Shown in pieces: positions 11,801 through 23,800 of a stretch of 64,000 nucleotides of DNA (position 1 is the stretch's first letter; each line of letters opens with the position of its first letter). The translations under genes and the position numbers were made by a program. Source of the DNA: Camelus ferus (Eukaryota); assembly GCF_009834535.1 (NCBI RefSeq), contig NC_045707.1:51090001-51154000 (forward strand), given 5' to 3'. The notes under the pieces were generated by a model that saw nothing but the letters and a program-made list of their open reading frames with translations, did not search any database and was not told the origin of the DNA.

Positions 11801-14800
11801 TCTGAATTGTGTCTTAGTTATATATTATCGCCTATGTCTAATCTAGTCACTTGCACTATTGGATATATAATAAAGTATTTTGAAGTTTTTTACACCATCC
11901 AGTTCCAAGAAAAAATTAGAATTAAGGTGAAAGTTATTTTTCTATGCTGTTGCAGATAATACATTTATTGTTTTGTATGGGAATTATTTAATAAGAAAGT
12001 ATTAAAAACTTCCAGAAATTCAAAAATATCTTAATACTCCTATGAAAAAGTTCATAATATTGTATTTTAGTGCTAAAATATCCTGTGCAATGTGAAATAA
12101 GCTAAGAGTATGGTTATAATTTATACTACATAAAAATTTTATTTTTAGTAAAAATACATTAATATAGAAGTTACACTTGTATCATCTGTGTTCTCTAGTC
12201 ATGGTCCAAAAGAAAGAAGGAAATCTGGAAAGTTTTTGGAGACTAAGGACAATTGCAAGGGACAAAATTGCAAGGGACAGAATTACTGTAGGGGTGAAAG
12301 CTAAGTTGAGTAAGAGAAAAAGCAGACATATGAAATGATAAAAGGAATTGGACGCATGATGAGGAAGAGTAACCCAAAAGGACTAATAAGAACACACAAA
12401 TATTAGAGAGTTCTAGAACTCCTATTTGCCAGAGTGTTAGCCATCATATCATCTGTAAGTACTAGAGTGACAGCGGTATACGTACCATTGAGTAGTGCAT
12501 TTGAAGTATACAACATAGTAAAAGGCATAGTTTTGACCCACAAAAAATATACTCTATAGTTTTGTTGAAAAAAATAAGACCTACCTTTTTCCTTTTAAGG
12601 TTTATATTAATATTCATAAAGATAATATATAATATTTAAAAATATTTTATAGGGCATACAAGAACGAGATAGTCAGATTAAGATGCTCAGTGAGCAAGTA
12701 GAACAATATACAAAAGAAATGGAAAAAAATACTTTTATTATTGAAGATTTGAAAAATGAGCTCCAAAGAAACAAAGGTAATTCAATGTTTTTTAGTATAT
12801 AGTTATTTTATATACTTTAAAGTTTTAAAAATACTTTATTTTTATTGAAATGAAATTGTCACAGCAATAGACATATTACTAATTTTTCTCTTTTATCATT
12901 TAAAAAAGTGCAGGATATTATTAACTACGTATATTACTAATGTTTAAGTTTGTAAATAATGGCAAGATTTTTTGTAATTTTTCTCTGATAAAAATTACAG
13001 TAACCTCTATTACCAAATTGGCTGTATGAAAGAAGTAAAAAATGGTGATAAAATTGTATTTAACCTCTTTTTGTAATTAAGAAAGAATGGAAGAAAATAA
13101 AATTTTGATCATTGTAGTAGCATTGCAGAGATTTTTCCGAAGTAATTTGACTTGTCAACCTTTGAATTAACCTTACTGGACTTAATATCTCATCATATTC
13201 TCCCCACCTTGGGTAATACTCCCTTACTTAACTCATCAAATCCTCTGAAGTAAGCCCTTACAACATTAGTGGCCTTATAATTCCATACTATAGTTTTACC
13301 AGAGCACATTAATGCAAACTATTCATAATAATTTCACGACATTTATTATAATTGCTGAAGATAAAAAAAAAGACACACAGGGGGAAATAGTCTGTGTGTG
13401 TGTGTAAGTAAGATAATGGTGCTGGTGTTTGGAGGTGTGGTTGTAATTCAGAGTGTGAGGGAAAAGCCTCACTGAGGAGATATTTCAATAAAGACGTAAA
13501 GAAAGTAAGGGAGTGAGCCATGCAGATGTCCCTAAGCAGTGGGAATAAGTGTAGGATCCTGAGGCAAGAGTGTACCGAGCATGTTTGGGAAACAGCAAAG
13601 TAGCCTTCCTGGCTGGAGCAGAGTGAGCAAGTGGGCAGTGGTAGGTGATGAGATCAGAGATGTAACCAAGGTCTTATCATATGGGGCCTTACAGTTCATT
13701 GTGGAGACTTGGGCTTTTATTTTAAGTGATAATGGGCACTGAAGAGAGTTTCTGAAGAAAGTAGTGATATATTTTGACTTAGACTGTGTCTCTAATAGAC
13801 TTTAGGAAGGGTAGGGACGGAAGCAGGAGACCTGCTATAGGACTATTGCAGTAATCTGGAGAGAGCTGATGGTAGCTTAGGGCATGGTGAGTAGCAGTGG
13901 AGCTATATGTAGTCAGTTCTGGATGTATTTTGAAGGTAATAGAAGTAAAATTTGCCGACAGATAAGATGCAGGATGTGAAAGAAAGTTATCAGGCCTTTT
14001 GGTCTGAACACTAGGGAGGGTGGTGGAAAGAGCAGGTTTGGAGATGATCAGGTGCCTAGTTAAACAGGACATGTTAAGTTTGAGTTGCTCATTAGACATC
14101 TGAGTGAAAGTGACAAGTAGGTATTTGTATATGAAAGTCTGAGGTTCAGGAGGACGATCTAGGCTAAACATACACATTTGGGTATCATATGCATAAAAAT
14201 GGTAGTTGAAGTCATCAGGCTGCTGCTTGAGATCATCAAGGGAGAAAATGTTGGTTAAAAAGGAAAATCTTGAGACTGAGCCCTGGGATACTGTTACTTT
14301 AGAGCCTGGGGAGGTGAAAAGGAACAACCAAAAGAGACTGGAAAGGAATGGCCAGAGAGATGGGAGGAGGACCAGGAGCCTGTAGAGTCCTGAAATCCGC
14401 ATGCAGAAAGTCATCAAGGAAGAGCATAAGCAACTCTGTTCAGAACTGTATTCATTGCTGATAAGTCAAGATGAGCACTGAAAATTGACCATTGGATTTA
14501 GCAGTGGCCATTTTTGCTTCAAGAAAAAATGGGTAGAGATGAAACAGAGCAAATACGGAGGACTGTTTCTATGAAGAAAAGGAGAAAAATAGGGTGGTAG
14601 CTTGAGGGGAAGGAGGGACAAAGAAAGTGTATTTCTCTTTAAAAATAGAAGAAATAATCATGCTTCTAGGTTGATAAGAAAGATCCATTGAAGAGGAAAC
14701 AATTCATGAACTGATGAAGCAAGGGAGGGGGAGAATAACTTCTGGAGTAATATCCTTGAAGAGGCAATGGAATGGGATCTAGGGTTCAGTGGAGAAGGTG

Positions 14801-17800
14801 GCCTTAGGAGCACGGAGAGCTCCACCATAGTGACAGGATGGAAGGTGGAGTGAATCGATAGTTCGAGGTGGCTGAGTGGATGTCCTGATGGGAAAAGCTT
14901 CAGTTTTCTCAGTGAACAAGGAAGCAAAGTATTCACCTGAAAGTGAGGGTGTGGCAGATATATTAGAAGTTTGAAGAGAGAGAAGAAAAGCAAAGATATG
15001 GAATGGTCATCTGGAAGAAGGAACACACTTCTGTTCCTTCTATTGTAGAATACACTACAAACTCAGTATGACTGTTGAGCACCATCCAGGCCCACTTGAT
15101 AGAGTCATTTCTATATATGTGTTCTCTGTGTGTATATTAGAATTATAGTTTGACAGTAGTTTAAACTGCTTATTCGAGCCACCAGGAGAAAAACCGGCAG
15201 TTGATCTTTGCTATCAAATAAGGAAGAGGTCTTCAGTCAGTCCATAGTCATATGTCCCCTAAAGCTCACAGAAGGTGTATGTACTACAGTATCTTGCATT
15301 TAACTTGAATTTGACTTATGTATGACAACTAATGGTATTCTCCCTTTATTGATTAGGGTTAGTTTTAGCTCTCTGAAGCAGATGTGGAAAATGGTGGCAA
15401 AATCAAGATTGTGTATTGGTCTAGAATTAGGCAGCCCAGGGTATTGCCTTCATCTGCCTCATGCAAAATGGAACTTTACCCTCACATCCAATCCTAAACA
15501 GCAAGATAGAGGAGGAGGGGGCAAGAAGCAAAGAGCAGGTACTGAAGGATAGACAAGTAAATATATTGTGGAGGGCCATGTAGAAGAAGTGGAGGATAGA
15601 TTTTGGGGACAGCAGCCTCTGTCACTTTGTCTAGTTAGACTATTCACTCCAGAGAGCAGATCTCATTTTTTATAAATGTATGTGATCTGGTCTGATGCCT
15701 GTGTGTAAGTATATTTATGCCCTAAAAATCAGTAGATGTTTATTATGGGTAAGTATAAGAATGGTTTATGTCAATAAGTTTTAGAATGATAGGAATACTA
15801 TATTTTGGTCTTGGCAACAGTTTGGTAAAATTTACAAATAGGAATTTTGTTAGCTATTAATTACCGTTAAATTCAGCTGCAAGTGACAAAAAGAATTAAA
15901 TGTAACAATGGTTAAACAGGACAGAAATGTGTTTTTCCATAATACAAACAGAGCTGAGGCAACTAGTTTAGGGTTGGTGTGCTAATTGTACAGATACCAG
16001 ATATCAGGCACCCTACCTTGTTGCTCTACCTGTCTCAACATGTGGTCATCTCATGTTCTAAGAAGACTGTTAGAGTTACACCCCTAGTGTCCATATTCCA
16101 GCTGACAGGAGGGAGGAAAGAGAAAAGGAAGAAACATTTCCTGAAATATGGACGTGGCCTATTTCTATCCCATTAGTCACATGACCACACCTAAGTTACT
16201 TGCCTGTAAGTAGAAATTTAGTTTTTGTTTCAAGTGGTCATGTGTCCACCTAAAAATCTATAGTTCTATTACAGTGGACATAAGGGAAGTTGAGTATTAG
16301 GAACAGATTTCAGCCTTTGCCACAATGATCATCTTTGTAAAGCATTGTTTTCCATTCTTTTGTAATCCATGTCCCTTCAGCTAAGAAGATTTTATTAAAT
16401 TTAAAATTATGATATTAATATAATATTAAATGGACTTTTTTAGTGACATACCACTTTTCCTGCCTCCCATATTGGAATCTGATTTACAGGAGTAAGTAGT
16501 CAATTGAATTCATTTATGATTTATTTTGCCCTATAGGAGCTTCAACACTTTCTCAACGGACTCATTATATGAAAATTCAGTCTAAGGTTGAGATTTTAGA
16601 AGAGAGAACTAAAGAGGCTGAACGAGCAGCTGAACTGGCTGAGGCTGATGCTAGGGAAAAGGATAAAGAGCTAGTTGAGACTCTAAAGCGATTAAAAGAT
16701 TATGAATCGGTATGTATTTTTATCTCGTCAATCAAGGAGCTTAGAATTATCATTGTCATTTACAGTTAGACTGCTCTGTGCCACTTACTGTGTACCATTT
16801 AAAAATATTCCAGAAGTATGATAGAGGTTATTGTTGACTTACACTGAAATTTTCAAACTTCCACATAGCGTTTACTTTTTGGCAGAATTGTTTTCAAACC
16901 ATTTGGTTAAACCATTTTGCCCAGGTAATCAGCTTTGGCGAGGCAGCAGGATTAGATTCTTTGTAATCTATGTCATTGTACCACCATGTAGATGTGACAC
17001 CACTGATAAGTTGTATAAAAGTTGTAACAGGGACAGTTTTGCTGCCTACAGTGCCAACATGGCCTTATTTTGCACTTTTGTATTTTTAAATCTGATTACT
17101 GCTAGGTCAGGCAACTAATAACTTACATATTCTAATGGTATCACTGATTCTCCCTTACTGTTCCTTTTCTATATTTTGTTATGTGTTTTATATGTAATAT
17201 TCTGAGTCACTTTGTCATTAGGATGCTGTACTGGGAAATTTCAACTGTCCATTTCCCATTATTAGTATTACTGGATTTGTTTTTTAAGAGTACAGTAAAG
17301 TATAGTTTAGAGAAATAAATCTTAGCTATATGTACACTTACCCTCAGACTTAATGAGAAAGTAAATTCATGAATTTGATATTTCAAATAATGTTATATTT
17401 AAATTATATTGGGTATTTTTCAGGGAGTTTATGGTTTAGAAGAGGCTGTTATTGAAATAAAGAATTGTAAAAACCAAATTAAAATAAGAGATCGAGAGAT
17501 TGAAGTATTGACAAAGGAAATCAATAAACTTGAGTTGAAGATCAATGATTTCCTCGATGAAAATGAGGCACTTAGAGAGCGTGTGGGTAAGCCATCTAAA
17601 ATATGTAGTTTGCTCAACCCTAATTGTCAGGTCATTTTCTTGTTTTTTCTTTTTGTTTAGTATTATTTTAAAATAGATGCTTTTTTCCCCCAAATAAATC
17701 TTCCTATAAAAATATTTAAAACAAGTAAAAGTAGAGCTGTTCCAATTGAAGTGAATTATGAATTTGATGCAGTTGGAGCAGTGGATGGGCAGACCAGGAG

Positions 17801-20800
17801 CACTGCTATATTCAGTCTGGGATCTCCTCTGTAATAATTGCTTGTTTGAAAAATGAAAGTCTAATAAGTTAATATCCCACATTAGAAGTTAACCTTTTTT
17901 TCAACAAAAGTAGTTTGTTGGTTTGCAAAACGCTCTAGTTTCAGATGGATGCATGGGAACATTTAGAAATAACTGTTTAATCATTTTTAAGACTTAAATA
18001 CTTGACTTATAATTTAGACTGTTAAGTTTTAATTGGGTTGAGTATTTTAAGGTTACTATTGATTCTAAGAAGTAATTAGTAAGTATAGCTTGAAAGTTTA
18101 TATGCTGATATCAATAAATAGTTCAGTAGTAAATATTTCTAGTTTGAATTTTATGACTGCAATCTAAATTGCTACTTTAAAACACAAAAAAATAGCTGAA
18201 CAATGACTTAAATACCAGTAGTTTCTTAGAGTTTAAATGATTGCCTTTAAAAACTATTCTCTAAAGGAAGGGGAAATAAATATTTTATACATATTATTTA
18301 TTTGTAAAAAAAAAAAAAAAAGCATCTAACTGGAACACAGAATCATGCCAGAACCTCAAGTTAGACTTCTAATGTACTCGGCTTATCAATCACAGCTAAC
18401 TTCAGTTTGGGCTTTCCTAAAGATGACTGAGCTGTGTAGATAGCTGTCACAAACACCAGATTTTCCATATTTTAAAGGCTCGAAATCTTGATTTATAACT
18501 ACTTGAGACAGTCTTGATATCTGGTTTTCAGAGCATAGTGCTTAGTAATTGGAAGTTAGGAAAGAGGCACACTGAGAACATCAGGCTAGTCATGATAATA
18601 TAATTGAGACTGATATTAATAATGCCTACTCTGTGCCAGGCACTGTACTAAGTTCTTTATTTGGGTTAATTAATTATACTCCTGACAACAAGCCAAAAAT
18701 ATAAATACAGACATACATATAGTATTATCCCTACAACTCAGTTAATTGTTGAAAGTAGAAATTTAAGTTAATCTTGTTTTATTCCAAAACTTCTGTTGTT
18801 AATACATTATAGTACCTCTGTGACAGTTCAACATGGAGAAAACAAATCATAATATTTCCATTAATAATTTTAGCTTGTAGTGTTACAGTGTGACTTTCTG
18901 AAAAATTCTTGTACAAAAGGTAACCCATTTTTCAGTGATGCTGACTAAATAGACTGTAACCTATTGCTTGATGATAACCAGTTGCTGTATGAAATTTTTG
19001 TAGTTTATTTGGATGTTAATAAGGTTTCAATCATAATTGCATTTTATTTTAGGCCTTGAACCGAAGACAATGATTGATTTAACCGAATTTAGAAATAGCA
19101 AAAGTTTAAAGCAGCAGCAGTACAGAGCTGAAAACCAGATTCTTTTGAAAGAGGCAAGTGCAGTAATCAGTTGGTTATTTTCTTGGTTGAAGTAAAGAAA
19201 AATACTAATAATTTACACTTTGTAGATTGAAAGTCTAGAAGAAGAACGACTTGATCTGAAGAAAAAAATTCGTCAAATGGCTCAAGAAAAAGGAAAAAGA
19301 ACTGCAACTTCAGGTATACTCAGTTATTCCAAACCTTTAAAAGAACCAATGGAAAATGACTCGTCTGAATCTGAAATTTTTTGTTCTGTTCGAAATATTT
19401 TTACTATATGACTGTGGTTTTGCTACAAGTTTAATAAATGAAAATAATGGCCTGATGAAGGGTATATGAGTGTCATTGGGTTCAGTCCTAAATCTGAAAC
19501 AGGTGAAAAAAATAATAAAATAAATAAAAATAAGTGAACAAAAAACAATATTAAAAATCATGGACTCTTAAAAAATTTACAATGTAGTCTGTATTAATTT
19601 CTAAATAATCCCAATATGTTATAATTAGTAATGATAAAACTTAGTAGTTTCCATGTTAATATATATTATTGTTAATATTTTCCCTTAAGAGTTACGCATT
19701 GGAAGCATTCTTTTTACATTATTCTTTACTAAGTGAAAGTAATGTTTTACTGAGTAAAAATTAACTTTTTTTTGGTTTATATTACATAATGTAAAGAGAA
19801 TAGTTGGTTTAGTTTTTTAATAGCTATTGCAATGCTTTTTTGTAAGAAGACCATAGAAAAGGAGGAATTTTTTTTTCCTAACTTGGCCCAAGTCCACAAG
19901 TGTCTATGAATAAAGAAGGTTTTTTTCTGTTTTTTTCTTTTCTTTTCTTTCCTTTTTTAGCATTATGGTCTCTATAGTACATCAAAAAATTTCAAGAAAG
20001 GTAAAACTTCATAATTTATTAACCAGTTTAGTTGTTATTTGTGATTCTTGTCTACTTTTTTAACATGTGTCTTTTAACTATTTTAGTATTTATTCATAAG
20101 GGCAAAGAATGATAGAGAAGGTAAAGTTTGTATTCATTTCTCATTAATATCTTATTAAAAGTGAGCTAAATTAGGTGATTATATAGGCTACATGTGGATC
20201 AAAGATTTTGGAAATAATAATTCTACCTTTTGTTTGAGTTAAAACTTGATTCTAGTTCTTATGAATTAAAGTATTGGAATAATAGGAGAATTATTTTTAT
20301 GTTTCAAATTTGTTAATTCTTTTATGTGTAGGATTAACTGTTGAGGACCTGAATCTAACTGAAAACTTTTCTCAGGAGCATAGAATGGGAGAAAGAAGAT
20401 TTGATTTCATGAGTCTCAAAAATATGAGTGAAGCACAATCAAAGGTAAACATATTGTTATGGCAAAGAGAATAAAGAAAAATGTTATTATCAGTGCTTTC
20501 ATTTCTGCCCTCATCTCATTTTAGACCTTGCTGCTTTTTATACTTGTTAAATAAAAAAAAAGTTTTATGTAAATAACCTGTTGATCCCAAGATTGATTAA
20601 TGAGGCATTATTTACTCTGAATACAGATTAGGAGTTCAGATAAAGTAGAGCTGCTGCATAGGAGACCATCATCCAATATTCCACAGTCATATCAGAATGA
20701 GCCAGAAGAGAACATGACCATAGGATCATTATCAAGAATGTTACCTGAAATCCATCACAGTGTAGAAAGTGAAGTGGATCCTTCTGCCTCTTTAAGTAGA

Positions 20801-23800
20801 CATTCTTCATCTCTACAAGTAAAAGATATTTCATCTCCAGAAACTATTACAATAAGGGAGATTTTTAAAGCACCCTGTCTACAATCTTTAAGAAATCTAG
20901 AATCATTAATCAGTACCTTTAGTAGGGAGAGTCGTGAAGAAATAAACGACTATTTATACTCTCTTTCTGATGACTCAATGAAGAAAGTGTCAAGAAGCCA
21001 TCAGGCACTTGAAAAGACTAATTTCACACAAAAAAGTGCTGCATCTTTACAAGCCTTATCAACAGCTTCAGACTTAATGCAGAAGTTACCAGTTAGGCAA
21101 AAATCTGCAATATTTTGTCAACAAATTCATGATAATAGACCTGACTTGGGTAAATCACAAACAGCAACATCAGAAGATGAACAGGTTCACACCCAAATAA
21201 AATATGCTGATACCAATTTGAGAGAAGACGTAAGAAAAAGTGAGATACCCTTACAGATAGAGATTTTGAAAAGTAAACTTGAAGTTAGTGTTCCAGACCC
21301 TGTGCCTACGACTACACAGTCAAAATTATCTCAGATAGATCCACTGGAAAATCTTATAGAACAGTTACGGACAGAACTAGTATTTCTTACGTCTCAGGTG
21401 AGTTTTCTTCCAAATTACATTCCTGGGATTGCATTTTAATTCTTTTCTATTACTTCTCTAACAAAGTTCTATAAGTAGTAATTATAATAAGAATTTTTTT
21501 TTTCATGTTTGCACATTAACACTCATTTATACATATTCTGTTTTTTTTTTTAATCTAAAAATGCAATACATTTGAAATGAACTCATTGACTTGCCAAATG
21601 TATTAAATGTTTCTTTAGAATGAGGTCATAGCACAGGATTTATTGATCAAAGAAGCACAGATTAGAAATGCAGAAATAGAGCTTGAATGTCATAGAAACC
21701 AGGCAGAACAGGTAGTGTAAAGGCAGATCGTTAAAAGAGTTGATTGTGGTACTAAAGACAAAAACCTTTATTATTTGTTTGGCTTTTGCCTTGGGTGTCG
21801 TGGGGAGGGAGAAGGTGGGAAGAGGATCATTATCTGTTTTACCTTTTAGATTTTATTTTTTTTTATGACTGCTGCTATGTTTCTATAGCTTGTTTTGGGT
21901 GTGTGAAACCTCAATAAACTTTTTTTTTAACTTCAAAAGTCTAAATTATTGTTATTTTTTTAAAAATTGATTTTTTTAATGTTTTGTTTAGAATGAATTT
22001 CTTTCAAGAGAACTACTTGAAAAGGAAAGAGATTTAGAAAGAAGTAGAACAATAATAGCCAAATTTCAGAATAAATGTAAGTTACTATTCCTTATTTTTC
22101 TATACTTATTTATTTTATACTGAAAATTATAGGTTTGAAGGACTTTAATACATTCTGTTTTCTAGTCTGTTTTAGCCTTAGTTTCCTCTGTAATGTATAG
22201 ACTTTTGTCTTTCCTTTATCTTGCTATATTCATCTTCAGAGAATGTTATTAACCTGAATTTTTTGTGATGATAAATAAGTCTATTTTTTCTCTTCTGTTC
22301 TCTTTTGAAAGTGAAGTTAGAAAAACCAGTTTAAAAGTTTATTTTATTTTAGTTTAGTTTAGTTTTTAAATGTCAGTGCCTTTTTATTTCTTTTTTTCCA
22401 TTTTATGTTATTTATTTATTCATTTGGAGGGTAGGTGATTAGGTTTATTTATATATTTTTAATGGCAATACTGGAGATTGAACCCAGGATCTCATGCATG
22501 CTAAGCATGCACTCTACCACTAAGGTATATCTTCCTCCCTAAAAGACTTTTTTTAATATAAAGTGAAGGTAAAGTATACTCATGATTTATTCCTTTCAGC
22601 CATGAGATATATATGTATATGCACATAATTTAAACAGCTGTGAGATTTAACTCTACTGTTCACACATTGCACTTGCTGAATTTTGGGGGCATTTATTTAT
22701 AGTTGCATTTTACCAATGGATAATTTTTACTGTATATGAAATATTTGCCATCTCCATAGAATAGTGTAAAATATAAAAAAGATTTATTCATTCACTGAGA
22801 AAAATGTCATTCTAGTAAAAGAATTAGTTGAAGAAAATAAGCAACTTGAAGAAGGTATGAAAGAAATATTGCAAGCTATTAAGGAAATGCAGAAAGATCC
22901 TGATGTTAAAGGAGGGGAAACGTCTCTAATTATTCCTAGTCTTGAAAGACTAGTTAATGTAAGTTATTTTTTTCATATGAATGGTTTTATTTTGTTGTTT
23001 CATCACTTTTAAGATGTTATTCCACTCTCTGTGGTCTGCGTAGTTTCTAATGAGACATTTGCTGTCATTTGAATCGTTTCCCTGTATGAAATACGTAGTT
23101 TTTCTCCGGCTGCTTTCAGAAAACTTTTTTTTGTTTGGTTTTCACTGGTTTGACTGTAATGCACCAAGGTGTATGTGTGTGTGTGTGTGTGTGTCTTGTC
23201 TGGGGTTTGCTGAGCTTCTGAATCTGTTTGCTTATTGCCACTCAGAATTGGGAAGTTTTCCACCATTACTTTCTCCAATTATTTTTGCTGACCCATTCTT
23301 CTGAGACTCAATGAAACATGTTAGGCCTTTTGATACTGTCCCATAGGTCCCTAAGGCTCTGTTCATTTTTGTTTGTTTATTTGTTTTGTTTTAGGCTCTG
23401 TTCATTTTTTCCCCTAATTTTTAATCTTTTTTCTCTCAATTGGATAATTACTCTTGATTTATCTTCACGTTCACTGATGCTCTCCTCTGTCATCTCCATT
23501 TTTCTGTTGTAAGGGTCAGCCTGAGACCTGGTAGAACTTTTACACAGAATTTGGAGCTCCCTTTTGCTGGCTCTTTTTTTTTTTTTTTTTCTGGGATTCT
23601 CCTCTCACTTTCCTATGGCTTTGGGCTCTAACCTCTGGTTTTCTAGGCCGGAAGACAGGTCACTGTAACTGCAGCTTGCCCGCGCAGTAAAGCCTTAATT
23701 AGCAAATTCACTCCTTGCTGGTACTGTCTTCCAAGTTTCAAGTCCCTTCCAAAATTTGCTTGCTTCTGTTTTCTAGAACAAACATGTATGTAGTAGTTTT

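Noticed and set aside
12248..12284. Short tandem duplication of aattgcaagggaca
   Set aside because: Only two copies, mid-intron and far from splice signals; ordinary slippage.
13779..15026. Minus-strand ORFs of 212 aa and 122 aa
   Set aside because: They lie within an old L2 fragment; the Leu/Ser/Pro/Phe bias reflects the pyrimidine-rich strand, with no splice or gene structure.
17429..17882. Minus-strand ORFs overlapping exon 15 (similar ones overlap exons 25, 28, 29, 34 and 41)
   Set aside because: Antisense shadows of CEP290 coding exons, not independent genes.
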